A DNA stretch of 64,000 bases from Bacteriovoracia bacterium (GTDB lineage: Bacteria > Bdellovibrionota > UBA1018 > CAIPTA01). Below, piece by piece: positions 10,124 to 18,564 of the stretch. The DNA is taken from assembly GCA_050246755.1 (NCBI GenBank), contig JBFWVL010000001.1, forward strand, positions 640,001 through 704,000. Direction: 5' to 3'. Below the pieces are notes generated by a model. The model was given only the letters and a program-made list of their open reading frames with translations. It did not search any database and had not been told where the DNA came from. Position 1 is the stretch's first letter. Every line of letters begins with the position of its first letter. The position numbers and the translations under genes were made by a program.

Positions 10124-11317
10124 ATGATTGTTAAGCAAAAGTTGCGTACACGCCCGCCCGGTGGGCCGGCCCAAACCATCATCCTCGCGGCGAATACCGC
10201 CTGGTACCTTGCGAATTTTCGCCTTAATCTCGCGCGTGCGCTCCGGGCCGCCGGTTACCGCGTATTGCTCATTGCCCCTCGCGATGAGTTCGCGGAAAAA
10301 TTATCCGCCGAAGGCTTCGAGTACGTGGGCTGGAACCTATCCCGCACCGGTCTCGGAGTGCGTGAAACAGCACGCGCTTTCTGGAGCCTCTATATCGTGT
10401 ACCGGCGGGAGCGCCCAATCGCGGTGCATCACTTCACGCTAAAATGTATTTTACTCGGGAGCGCGGCGGCGGCGCTGGCCCGGGTGCCAAATGTCTTCCA
10501 TTCGGTCACGGGGCTTGGGCATCTTTTCATTCATAGATCTTTGCGCATTCGTTCTCTTCGCTCCATCACGGTTTTGCTCCTGCGTGTATTTTTTTTCTTC
10601 ACGAAACCACGGATGATTTTTCAAAATCACCAAGACTGCGCCCGCTTCCGCTCCCTACGCCTCGCTCCTCCCGCACGCAGCCACCTTATTCCTACTTCCG
10701 GCATCGATGTCGCCTTCTACCGTCGCGAAGCGCCGCCCAGAATTCCCTCCGGCGAACGGCCGATCGTGCTCTACGCGGGCCGCATATTGGCGGAAAAAGG
10801 AGTGAGGGAATTCGTGGCCGCCGCCTCGCGGCTTCGCGCCGAAGGAATAGAGGCGCGCTTTCTGCTCGCAGGCGCGACGGACGCCGGCAACCCTTCTTCC
10901 ATCGCCCCCTCGCAACTCGCCAGCTGGAAACGAGACGGAAACGTAGAATTGCTGGGCCATGTTTCCGATCTGCGCCCGCTCATGGCCGAGTCCGCCGTGT
11001 TCGTATTACCCTCCTATCGCGAGGGCGGATCCCGCGTAATCCTCGAGGCGGCCGCGATGGAACTGCCGATAATCACCACCGACGTGCCGGGTTGCGAGAA
11101 TCTCGTCGATCACGGAAAAACCGGCTTAGTGGTACCCGTTCGCGATGCCGCCAGCCTCGCCGGAGCGATTCGCGATCTGATTGCCAACCGGGAAACTGCG
11201 GCTCGCATGGGCGCCGCCGGGCGGGCAAAGGTAATCCGCGAATTCTCCGATGAGATAGTCGTCCGCGCCACGCTCAGTGCCTATTCCTCGGCCGGCATCT
11301 CCGGCTCTTGCCTCTGA
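10124..11317 (+). CDS. GT4-family glycosyltransferase (CapM-like)
   Basis: NFR, GRILAEKG, LPSYREG...EAAA, TTDVPGC. Confidence 0.9.
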   Translation: MIVKQKLRTRPPGGPAQTIILAANTAWYLANFRLNLARALRAAGYRVLLIAPRDEFAEKLSAEGFEYVGWNLSRTGLGVRETARAFWSLYIVYRRERPIAVHHFTLKCILLGSAAAALARVPNVFHSVTGLGHLFIHRSLRIRSLRSITVLLLRVFFFFTKPRMIFQNHQDCARFRSLRLAPPARSHLIPTSGIDVAFYRREAPPRIPSGERPIVLYAGRILAEKGVREFVAAASRLRAEGIEARFLLAGATDAGNPSSIAPSQLASWKRDGNVELLGHVSDLRPLMAESAVFVLPSYREGGSRVILEAAAMELPIITTDVPGCENLVDHGKTGLVVPVRDAASLAGAIRDLIANRETAARMGAAGRAKVIREFSDEIVVRATLSAYSSAGISGSCL

Positions 11318-12570
11318 GCTAAGTAAGCCAGCAGCAGCAATAGCAGCGGAAGCACCTGCAGACGGAAACGAAAAGCCGAGCCGAGATTTTGGTAAGACAC
11401 GTAGCTATAGATAAAGCTCCACGAAAAAAGCAGGCTAATCGCCCACACCGCCGCCGGGTCGAAAAGCCGTCGCCAGGTGAAACGGCGGATCGAAAGATAA
11501 ATCAGGAATAGCAGGAATAAATTCTCGATTCCGGCCAGCGTCCCAAAGAGGTTGCGCACTTCTCCTGGTAAAGGACGCAGAAGCGCCGTGAACATTCCCG
11601 CCGGCGCAAACGCGATCATTTCCCCGATTGACTGGAACTCCGGAACCTCTTGCCGCGAGCCACCGACGCTCCAAGAGCGCGAGATAATATTAGTTTTCCG
11701 CACCAAATCATCCACGCTCTTAAAAGTGAAGTGCTCCACGAAAATCTGTGCTGAAAGAAATAGCAGCGCCACGGAAAATAGCGCGTACCCGACCCGGTAG
11801 AAGGCGCCGCGCACGTAAAAGAACCCGAGTGGCAGCATGGGCAGAGCGAGGATGAAGGCCGTCCAGGGGCGAATGCTCGAGGCTAACACCGCCCCCGCGA
11901 ACGCGGGAAGAATCCAAATGAGGTTTCTGGTGGCCATCCAGTAGAGAACTCCCGCGGCGTAAACCGATATACCGAGCAGCATAATCGGATCTTTTCCTAA
12001 AATCGAAGACCAAAAGACGACCGAAGGGAACGCACCTAAAAAAAGCAATAACCGAGGATTCCTCCGCCCCGAATACCGAATCGCCGCCGAATAAATTAAA
12101 TATATCGATAATAGACCGATCAACGAAAAAATAACTTTTAGCGCGTGGTAGGAATTCGAGCTCGGCAGCCACTTATTAATATACCAAATTAGCCAGCCGA
12201 TATTGCCGGTGCCTTTTCCGAATCCCGTGAGGCTGGTATCGAAATTAATTTCTTTCGCTTCGAGGTAGTAGGTATAGGCATCGAGACCGTAGTTATTTTC
12301 GTATAGCAGCATGAAGCCCAAGGTAGTGAGGCAGCGGAGGATCCAGAGCACCGCCAAAATCCGACGGTCCTCTCGAGACAACGGCGAGATCCAGAGCGCC
12401 AGTCCGATGCCGAACGCCAGCACCAGCGCGGTGGCATAGTCTGTGGCTACGTTTGCCGAAGGAATGAAGTGCCCCCACTCCGTGACGCAGGCGAGAAACA
12501 CGCAGGCCGCAATACCCCCCAATATTCCCATCACGGCGCCGGTACTTGTTTGTGAGAAAAACCTACTCAT
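11281..12570 (-). CDS. Putative Wzy-type polysaccharide polymerase (polytopic membrane protein)
   Basis: ~11 hydrophobic segments; DA..YY, WSS..GKD and NLGSAFRFR motifs; ATG at 12570 overlaps the upstream stop (ATGA). Confidence 0.7.
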   Translation of the reverse strand: MSRFFSQTSTGAVMGILGGIAACVFLACVTEWGHFIPSANVATDYATALVLAFGIGLALWISPLSREDRRILAVLWILRCLTTLGFMLLYENNYGLDAYTYYLEAKEINFDTSLTGFGKGTGNIGWLIWYINKWLPSSNSYHALKVIFSLIGLLSIYLIYSAAIRYSGRRNPRLLLFLGAFPSVVFWSSILGKDPIMLLGISVYAAGVLYWMATRNLIWILPAFAGAVLASSIRPWTAFILALPMLPLGFFYVRGAFYRVGYALFSVALLFLSAQIFVEHFTFKSVDDLVRKTNIISRSWSVGGSRQEVPEFQSIGEMIAFAPAGMFTALLRPLPGEVRNLFGTLAGIENLFLLFLIYLSIRRFTWRRLFDPAAVWAISLLFSWSFIYSYVSYQNLGSAFRFRLQVLPLLLLLLAYLAQRQEPEMPAEE

Positions 12571-14102
12571 ACCGCAGTTTGATTTGTATTCGCACCGTGG
12601 GCGTCGGCGTGGGCCAGCTGGAAGAGATAATTTGACTCCGTGCCAGCTTCTCCTTCCGCGAGCACTTCTTGCACTTCCCAATCTACATTGAGGTAGCTAT
12701 TCGAATATTGAAGCGCAAATAAATTTTGAAAGTCCTGGAGTTTTCCCATGAGCAAAGCCTTCGTAGCGATGCGTTCTCTGGCATGCACTCGGCCCTCGAA
12801 AAAAATATGCATCTCGGAATTCTTTATGAAGTAGTTATCACCTTTCGTCAAAATCGATTCGACAACCAAGTTGAGACTGCGCATGATCTCAACGATCCTT
12901 CCCTTTTCCTCCCATAATCCGCACTGAAAGAGCGGCTCGAGGTTCACCTTCGCCACCAAGCAGGGTTGAAAGCCGAGCTTCAGGGATGCTGGTCGCGAGG
13001 AGTTGTCGCCAAAAGAAGCCGCCAAACTCCCAGTACGGCTCATCTCGAGCAGCTTCAAAAAATAAACCGGCACGCAGATTCCCGCCGCCACGATCACCAA
13101 CAGCAGCGTCACGGCGATGGGAAGAGAGAAACCTACACGGAAGCTCTCGCTGCGCGCCAACTCGATCACGAGGAAAGCGCTCGTCTGCAGGTAGAGCGTA
13201 AGCCCTAAAATAAGCGTCACCACCCGCGCCGGGGGTAGATTCATCCGCAGCAAGCGGTGGTGCAAATGGCCACGGTCGGCTTTAAAGATTGGATTTCTCG
13301 AGCGCAGCCGCCGTAAAGTGCATAAGCCCATGTCGAGGATCGGGTAGCCAAGCATCATCAGAAGCCCAAAAACCTCCGAGAAAGAGGCCGTAGACACCGG
13401 CCCCGCCAATGAAGTAAGTCCGATGAGAAAGCCAATCGGCAAACTGCCGTTATCGCCAAAAAAGACGGAAGCCGGGCTCCAGTTCTTCGCGAGGAATGCT
13501 AATACCGCGGGCAGCAGCAGGGCGCTCACAAGCAGGCTCAAGATTCCCTGATTCGCCCCGACCGCCAAAATCGCAATACTCGCCAGAATGAAGGCCGAGA
13601 TCCCGCCGGCCAGGCCGTCGAGCCCGTCCACCAGATTCATCGCGTTGCTTACGCCCACCAACCAGACACCCGCGAGAGGCCAGGCAAGCCAGCCAATTCT
13701 CGCCTGCCAGCCCAGACAGAATTCTCTTATTTCCGGCACCGCCGCGATCACCACCGCCGCCACGAGGAACTCTACCGGCAATTTCACTCGCGGCGAGAGG
13801 CCGCGCAAATCGTCGTAAAGGCCAAGCGCGCATAGCACGCCCGCGCCTCCCGCGATCCACGAAAAAGACCAAGCGAGGTTGGTCCACAGCTGAGGGTGTA
13901 GAGAAAAATAAATGGCGCAGGATAGATACCAGGCGGCCATCACCGAGATCCCGCCCACCATCGGCATCGGATGCAGGTGACGCCGGCGCGAGCTCGGGTG
14001 GTCCACCCAGCCCACCTTCTTAGCGAAGGGAATACTCGCTCGCAAAATGGCGTGCGCCAAAAGAAATGACAGAAAAGGAAACCACAAATCGCGAATGTTC
14101 AT
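12567..14102 (-). CDS. MraY/WecA-family undecaprenyl-phosphate sugar-1-phosphate transferase with a C-terminal soluble extension
   Basis: GLYDD, NLVDGLDGLA, FFGDNGS, DRGHLHHRL motifs. Confidence 0.9.
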   Translation of the reverse strand: MNIRDLWFPFLSFLLAHAILRASIPFAKKVGWVDHPSSRRRHLHPMPMVGGISVMAAWYLSCAIYFSLHPQLWTNLAWSFSWIAGGAGVLCALGLYDDLRGLSPRVKLPVEFLVAAVVIAAVPEIREFCLGWQARIGWLAWPLAGVWLVGVSNAMNLVDGLDGLAGGISAFILASIAILAVGANQGILSLLVSALLLPAVLAFLAKNWSPASVFFGDNGSLPIGFLIGLTSLAGPVSTASFSEVFGLLMMLGYPILDMGLCTLRRLRSRNPIFKADRGHLHHRLLRMNLPPARVVTLILGLTLYLQTSAFLVIELARSESFRVGFSLPIAVTLLLVIVAAGICVPVYFLKLLEMSRTGSLAASFGDNSSRPASLKLGFQPCLVAKVNLEPLFQCGLWEEKGRIVEIMRSLNLVVESILTKGDNYFIKNSEMHIFFEGRVHARERIATKALLMGKLQDFQNLFALQYSNSYLNVDWEVQEVLAEGEAGTESNYLFQLAHADAHGANTNQTAV

Positions 14103-14151
14103 CCATGAACCTCGTTAAGCTTCATCCTGAAGCGAAAACATTTAAAAAACT

Positions 14152-14658
14152 TTAGAGCTCCTTCTTAATCAAAATTCCCGTTAGTGCCGCCGTCAGCAAG
14201 GTGGCCACCACGGTAATCGTAAGCATCGTATTATTGGAGACCGCCGGCTTTTCGGTGGGAATAAATACGGTATCTTCCCCTCTCAGAATCGGCGATTTCC
14301 CGCTGCTAGCTAGAAGATCGTGAAAATCTACCTTGTCAATCCTGCCCGCACGCTCGTTCTTGATCGTGATATCGTCCATCGCGGAGTTATCGCCGGTTCC
14401 GCCGGCGATCGAGAGCAAGGTAGTTAGGCTCGTATTCTGCGGCACGTGGTAGATTCCGGGGCGGTGCACATTCCCCAGCAAAAAAACCGGCATGAGCTTT
14501 TGCTCGAGCTCATCGCCATAAATATATTCGGAAAGCTGCTGAATATTCTGCTTTTCCCGCTCGAAGGTTCCGGCCCTTTCCGCCGCCACGGCGCTGCGAG
14601 AGAACGAAAGAATGAGGATCCACACGAACGCTTCTCTGCTTTGTTTCCACACAGTCAT
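14152..14658 (-). CDS. SLBB-domain polysaccharide export (short OPX/Wza-like) protein
   Basis: VFLLGNVHRPGIY...AGG and LRGEDTVFIP SLBB motifs; C-terminal hydrophobic helix; start placed at ATG 14658. Confidence 0.8.
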   Translation of the reverse strand: MTVWKQSREAFVWILILSFSRSAVAAERAGTFEREKQNIQQLSEYIYGDELEQKLMPVFLLGNVHRPGIYHVPQNTSLTTLLSIAGGTGDNSAMDDITIKNERAGRIDKVDFHDLLASSGKSPILRGEDTVFIPTEKPAVSNNTMLTITVVATLLTAALTGILIKKEL

Positions 14659-14726
14659 GCCTAAATAATACCAGCTATTGGCGAGGGGTCGAAAAAATAA
14701 TTGTGCAATTGTTGCGATCGCTTGGC

Positions 14727-15614
14727 TCACGCCACCGGATGCGATGAGAATTCACAAATGATTTCGGTCTTGCAATCCGTCAACACGGTGCCCGCATGGA
14801 TTGGCAACCCGGTATCCGCCAAATAAATCATTGCGCCCTTCGATTCCAAGTAACCCACTAAAGCTGCAGCCGAAGATCCATGTTCACGTAAATTCTGGTC
14901 GGAAAGCTCGAGGAAAATTTTGGGACGGAAACGATCGATCGTCTGTGCTGCCCCTTGGAGAACCTGTAGCTCGAAACCCTCCACGTCGATCTTGATCGCG
15001 TCCACATTTTCGATTTTCGATTCCTCTATGTAATCGTCCATACGCACCACCGGCACTTGGGTATAGTCTTTTCCGGCCGGACTTTCCGGCAGAATCCGGT
15101 TCATGCCTGGGTTGCGCTCACATACGCGATAAAGATTTAGCCGCGCGTTTCTGGCACCGAGGGCGCATGGTTCGAGCACCACATTCGCCAGACCGTTGAT
15201 CTCTACGTTTTTCTTGCAACGGGCAAAGTTCATCCCGTCGGGCTCAAATCCAATCACCCGTCCTCCGCTCCCCACCGCCCGCGCGAAACGCATCACAGTA
15301 GATCCAATATTGGCCCCCACGTCGAGCACCGTGCCATCGCGCCTCACCATGGAGAAATATTTGTCCTGCTCTTTCTCTCGGAGCTCAAAGTACACCGCCC
15401 AATCCACGAGGTCGGAAATATCGAGCTCGAACTCCAGGCCAAATCGCGAAACCCGGCGCCAGCTCGGCTTAGGATATTGGTAATGATTCGGAATCACCTT
15501 CGTCCACCGCGATTCCAGCGGCGCGCCCTGCACGAAACGAAGTAATATCTTTTCGGTCGCGGGAAAAATAAATATCCGGCGCAACTGATTAAGAACGGTC
15601 GTTTTTATTTTCAC
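14727..15614 (-). CDS. FkbM-family methyltransferase
   Basis: VLDVGANIG, FEPD, IKIDVEGFE. Confidence 0.9.
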   Translation of the reverse strand: MKIKTTVLNQLRRIFIFPATEKILLRFVQGAPLESRWTKVIPNHYQYPKPSWRRVSRFGLEFELDISDLVDWAVYFELREKEQDKYFSMVRRDGTVLDVGANIGSTVMRFARAVGSGGRVIGFEPDGMNFARCKKNVEINGLANVVLEPCALGARNARLNLYRVCERNPGMNRILPESPAGKDYTQVPVVRMDDYIEESKIENVDAIKIDVEGFELQVLQGAAQTIDRFRPKIFLELSDQNLREHGSSAAALVGYLESKGAMIYLADTGLPIHAGTVLTDCKTEIICEFSSHPVA

Positions 15615-16147
15615 TTTATTTCCACGCTAACGATTCCGGCCTTCGCCGCGAGTTTGATCGCCGCCAAAGCAACCGTCTCGCTCAGCGAGGATTCCTGCAG
15701 CTGAAACTCTACGGCGGCTCCGTCCTTATTCTCGTGCAGCCATGCTTCCCCGCTAAACGTTTGACCTAACGGCGATTTGGCCCTCACCTTCCATGGCCCA
15801 GCCGGCCGGCTCCGTCTTCCTCTCACCCATACCTCTACCGATTTTTCCTCCGGCAACAAGGCCGTGAGGAAACTGGATTTCGTGTCCAGGCGAAAATACA
15901 CTTCATCCGCACCGGTACTTTTTTCCGTAATCTTAAAAAACTCTTCCAGCCTGGAAGACGATTTCCCCTTACCCACCGCTTGCGGGACTCCCGGGGTGAA
16001 CAGCGCGGCCACGATCTCCGAAGGCGCGGCATAAACTTGACGCGACACTACGGGAACTTTCAGGTCGGCGGCGCCGGCCGGCCCAAACTTGAGCAGGAGA
16101 AAAATAAATGAAAAGGACCACGGAAGTCGCGTCGTAATGGTGATCAT
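15611..16147 (-). CDS. Hypothetical exported protein, possibly SRPBCC/START-like fold
   Basis: Signal-peptide-like N-terminus; stop overlaps the start of the downstream FkbM gene; fold is a guess. Confidence 0.6.
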   Translation of the reverse strand: MITITTRLPWSFSFIFLLLKFGPAGAADLKVPVVSRQVYAAPSEIVAALFTPGVPQAVGKGKSSSRLEEFFKITEKSTGADEVYFRLDTKSSFLTALLPEEKSVEVWVRGRRSRPAGPWKVRAKSPLGQTFSGEAWLHENKDGAAVEFQLQESSLSETVALAAIKLAAKAGIVSVEIK

Positions 16148-16283
16148 TACAATAGTTTAGCAATTGTTGTGCATGCAGCAGTAATAAAATAATGCGACGG
16201 CAGGATACTCTAGCTACACACGGCGGCAGGTAGCGCGAAGGCCGGACTTAGTCGTCGCAAAAATTATCTTTCGCTTTTAAACA

Positions 16284-18299
16284 CTAAGGAACGATCGCGC
16301 AGTTCTTGAAAGCCCAAGGCCCCTTCTTCGGCGAACCCGGCGAAACGAGCTTGTTCAGGAAATCGACCGCGAGCTGCGCGGACCATCGGCCCTGGAACTG
16401 CTCGTAGTAGGGAAGCATCGCGGTGGCGGGAATCACCATCTCCGGCGAAAGTAGCGCGGCGGCCCCTACCTTCACCGTCATCTGCTTTTCGCCCTTCGCT
16501 TTCTGTACCATGATGCTGGTAATCTGCTGCTTGGCCGGCTTGCCGAGCTTATAGAAATCGCAGCTGATCTTGGCGTCGCGCAGCTGAATTTCCTGAGCCC
16601 AAGTGATCGCGGCGATATCGAGCTTGAAATTCACGTCCACCGGAAACTTCTGCAACGCTTCATCGTCGGAACCCGAGAAGCCTTGGAGCTTCAGCGTCAC
16701 GTTCAGCGTGCCCTCGCTCGATTTCGCGAGCTTTCCGGCGCGCACGAGGAGCTGAAGAGCGAGCGGAGCAGTGCTGAGGGCAGGCACGGTGAGATCACGG
16801 ATCTCCGCCGGCGAGGCGAGATTAAATACTCTTCCATCGGCAAGCTGCACGTATACCTCGGAGCCGGGAACGGTCTTCGAAGACCAGTCCAGCGCCACTT
16901 CGAAGCGCTGGGTGCCGCGGGGGCCTAGGTCCTGCCTGCCCGAGTTCTTCAGCGTGAAGCTCAGCTGCTGGGCCACCGAAAAATTCCCGCTCACCTTTTT
17001 TACGCTACCAGAGAGCGCGATCGGCCAACCGATGACTAAGCCGGATTCGAGCTCACCGCCGATGCGGATATTATTGATTCCGATTTGCAACCCCACGGCG
17101 GCGTTATCGCCGATCAGGGAATTACGGTTCGGAACCTGCATCATGAGCTGGCCCTTGCGGAAACGGAGCACATCGCTCTGGGTGCCGGCGGCAATCACCG
17201 GGAAGGAAGTCACCATTGGCCCAGGGGCAACAAGTGTGGAACTCGGAAACATCGAAACCTGAATAGTCTGCGCCGCGGGCGAAGGCATCGGGCCTGTATT
17301 TTTCAATTGCACGGCCACGAGGTGCGCCCGTTCGCCCGGCTCGAGGATTCCATCCTCATCGTCGTCGATGAAACTGGCGGAGGCCACTTCGAGGCGGAAG
17401 GGGGCGTCGAAGCTCTGGGTAGTGCCGTCCGCCGAAACTAATTGAAAGCTGCGGGTACCGGTGCGGCCATCGCTGCCGCCGTAACCACTCGAACCGCTAC
17501 GGCCATTGCTGCCGCTGCGGCCGTCACTGCCATTACGACCGTCGCTGCCATTCCAGCCGGAGGAACCATCGGCGCCGCCAATAAATTCGCCTTTATCATT
17601 CTTGCAGGTATTTCTTCCGCCCGATCCGCCGCGGCCACCCGATCCGCCTCGACCACCGTAGCCACCTCGGCCGCCCGAGCCACCGTAGCCACCCGAACCG
17701 CCGGCCCCTCCTTCACCCCGGCGCACGTCCACTTGCACGAGCAGCATCAGCTCACTCTGGTCGGGAGCCGTCGAGACTACCACGGAGCCGCCGCTTCCGC
17801 CGTTCCCGCCATTTCCACCGTCGCCGCCGTCTTCGCCGTCCGTTCCGTTGGTGCCGTCACTGCCGTCGGTTCCGTTCGATCCGTTTCCGCCGCTGCCGGG
17901 AGGACAACCATCGGAACCGTTCGATCCGTCGGAACCATCGCGGCCGCTCCATCCGTCCGAGCCATTGCGCCCATCGCTGCCATTGGAACCCGAAGATCCG
18001 TTGGCGCCGTCGCCACCGCGCGCACGTGCCACGATGCCGCGCAAATCCTTGAGCGCAATTTGCTGCGAGATCTCGGTCGTCTTGCCGCCTCGCGTGCGGG
18101 TGCCGGTAAGGGAAACCACCGTCTTCGCGGCGTCGGCGTAAGCGAGGTGAAGAACAATACTGCCGCCCTTGGTGCCGTCATAGCCGCTGTAAGATCCGTC
18201 CGAGCCAGAGGCGTCGATAACAATGGTGTCACTGTCGGCGTGGGCAGAGGCGGCGAGCAGGCTCGCGAAGAGTACGAAAGCACCGAATACTTTTTTCAT
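16284..18299 (-). CDS. Secreted collagen-like (Gly-X-Y) protein with C-terminal Ig-like domains
   Basis: Signal peptide MKKVFGAF...AHA; two long Gly-X-Y tracts; DDDEDGILEPGE motif. Confidence 0.85.
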   Translation of the reverse strand: MKKVFGAFVLFASLLAASAHADSDTIVIDASGSDGSYSGYDGTKGGSIVLHLAYADAAKTVVSLTGTRTRGGKTTEISQQIALKDLRGIVARARGGDGANGSSGSNGSDGRNGSDGWSGRDGSDGSNGSDGCPPGSGGNGSNGTDGSDGTNGTDGEDGGDGGNGGNGGSGGSVVVSTAPDQSELMLLVQVDVRRGEGGAGGSGGYGGSGGRGGYGGRGGSGGRGGSGGRNTCKNDKGEFIGGADGSSGWNGSDGRNGSDGRSGSNGRSGSSGYGGSDGRTGTRSFQLVSADGTTQSFDAPFRLEVASASFIDDDEDGILEPGERAHLVAVQLKNTGPMPSPAAQTIQVSMFPSSTLVAPGPMVTSFPVIAAGTQSDVLRFRKGQLMMQVPNRNSLIGDNAAVGLQIGINNIRIGGELESGLVIGWPIALSGSVKKVSGNFSVAQQLSFTLKNSGRQDLGPRGTQRFEVALDWSSKTVPGSEVYVQLADGRVFNLASPAEIRDLTVPALSTAPLALQLLVRAGKLAKSSEGTLNVTLKLQGFSGSDDEALQKFPVDVNFKLDIAAITWAQEIQLRDAKISCDFYKLGKPAKQQITSIMVQKAKGEKQMTVKVGAAALLSPEMVIPATAMLPYYEQFQGRWSAQLAVDFLNKLVSPGSPKKGPWAFKNCAIVP
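17458..18017 (-). repeat. Coding 9-nt-period low-complexity repeats (Gly-X-Y triplets)
   Basis: GSN/GSD/GRN/GTD/GYG/GSG triplets in two blocks separated by a ~25-aa spacer. Confidence 0.85.
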
Positions 18300-18564
18300 A
18301 GGATCTCCAAAGTTCAGGGCCATTACGGCTCCGCTTTTATTCCCGTTCCTCGCTTTTCACCAAGGAGAAAAAGCGCGTAGTGCCTGAAAACTTAATTTAC
18401 AGGCGAATTTCACCGTGAAGGGGAATGCGATAGAGCAAGTTCGGGGCCAACGTAAAATTCAAAATTTAGAGCTGTGCACAATAGGAAATTTGTTTGCTTC
18501 AGCGATCTTTATCTTTTAGTTTCCCGGCGAACCGTTGGCCTTTTTCTACGAGATAGGAACTTTT

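Noticed and set aside
16221-16240. ops/JUMPstart-like GGCGGCAGGTAGCG near the polysaccharide locus
   Set aside because: Imperfect match and on the strand opposite to the operon.
17458-18017. Possible CRISPR or non-coding tandem repeat
   Set aside because: 9-nt coding periodicity with no constant repeat and unique spacer structure; no cas genes.
17442-18380. 312-aa Ala/Thr-rich plus-strand ORF
   Set aside because: Antisense shadow of the Gly-X-Y codons.
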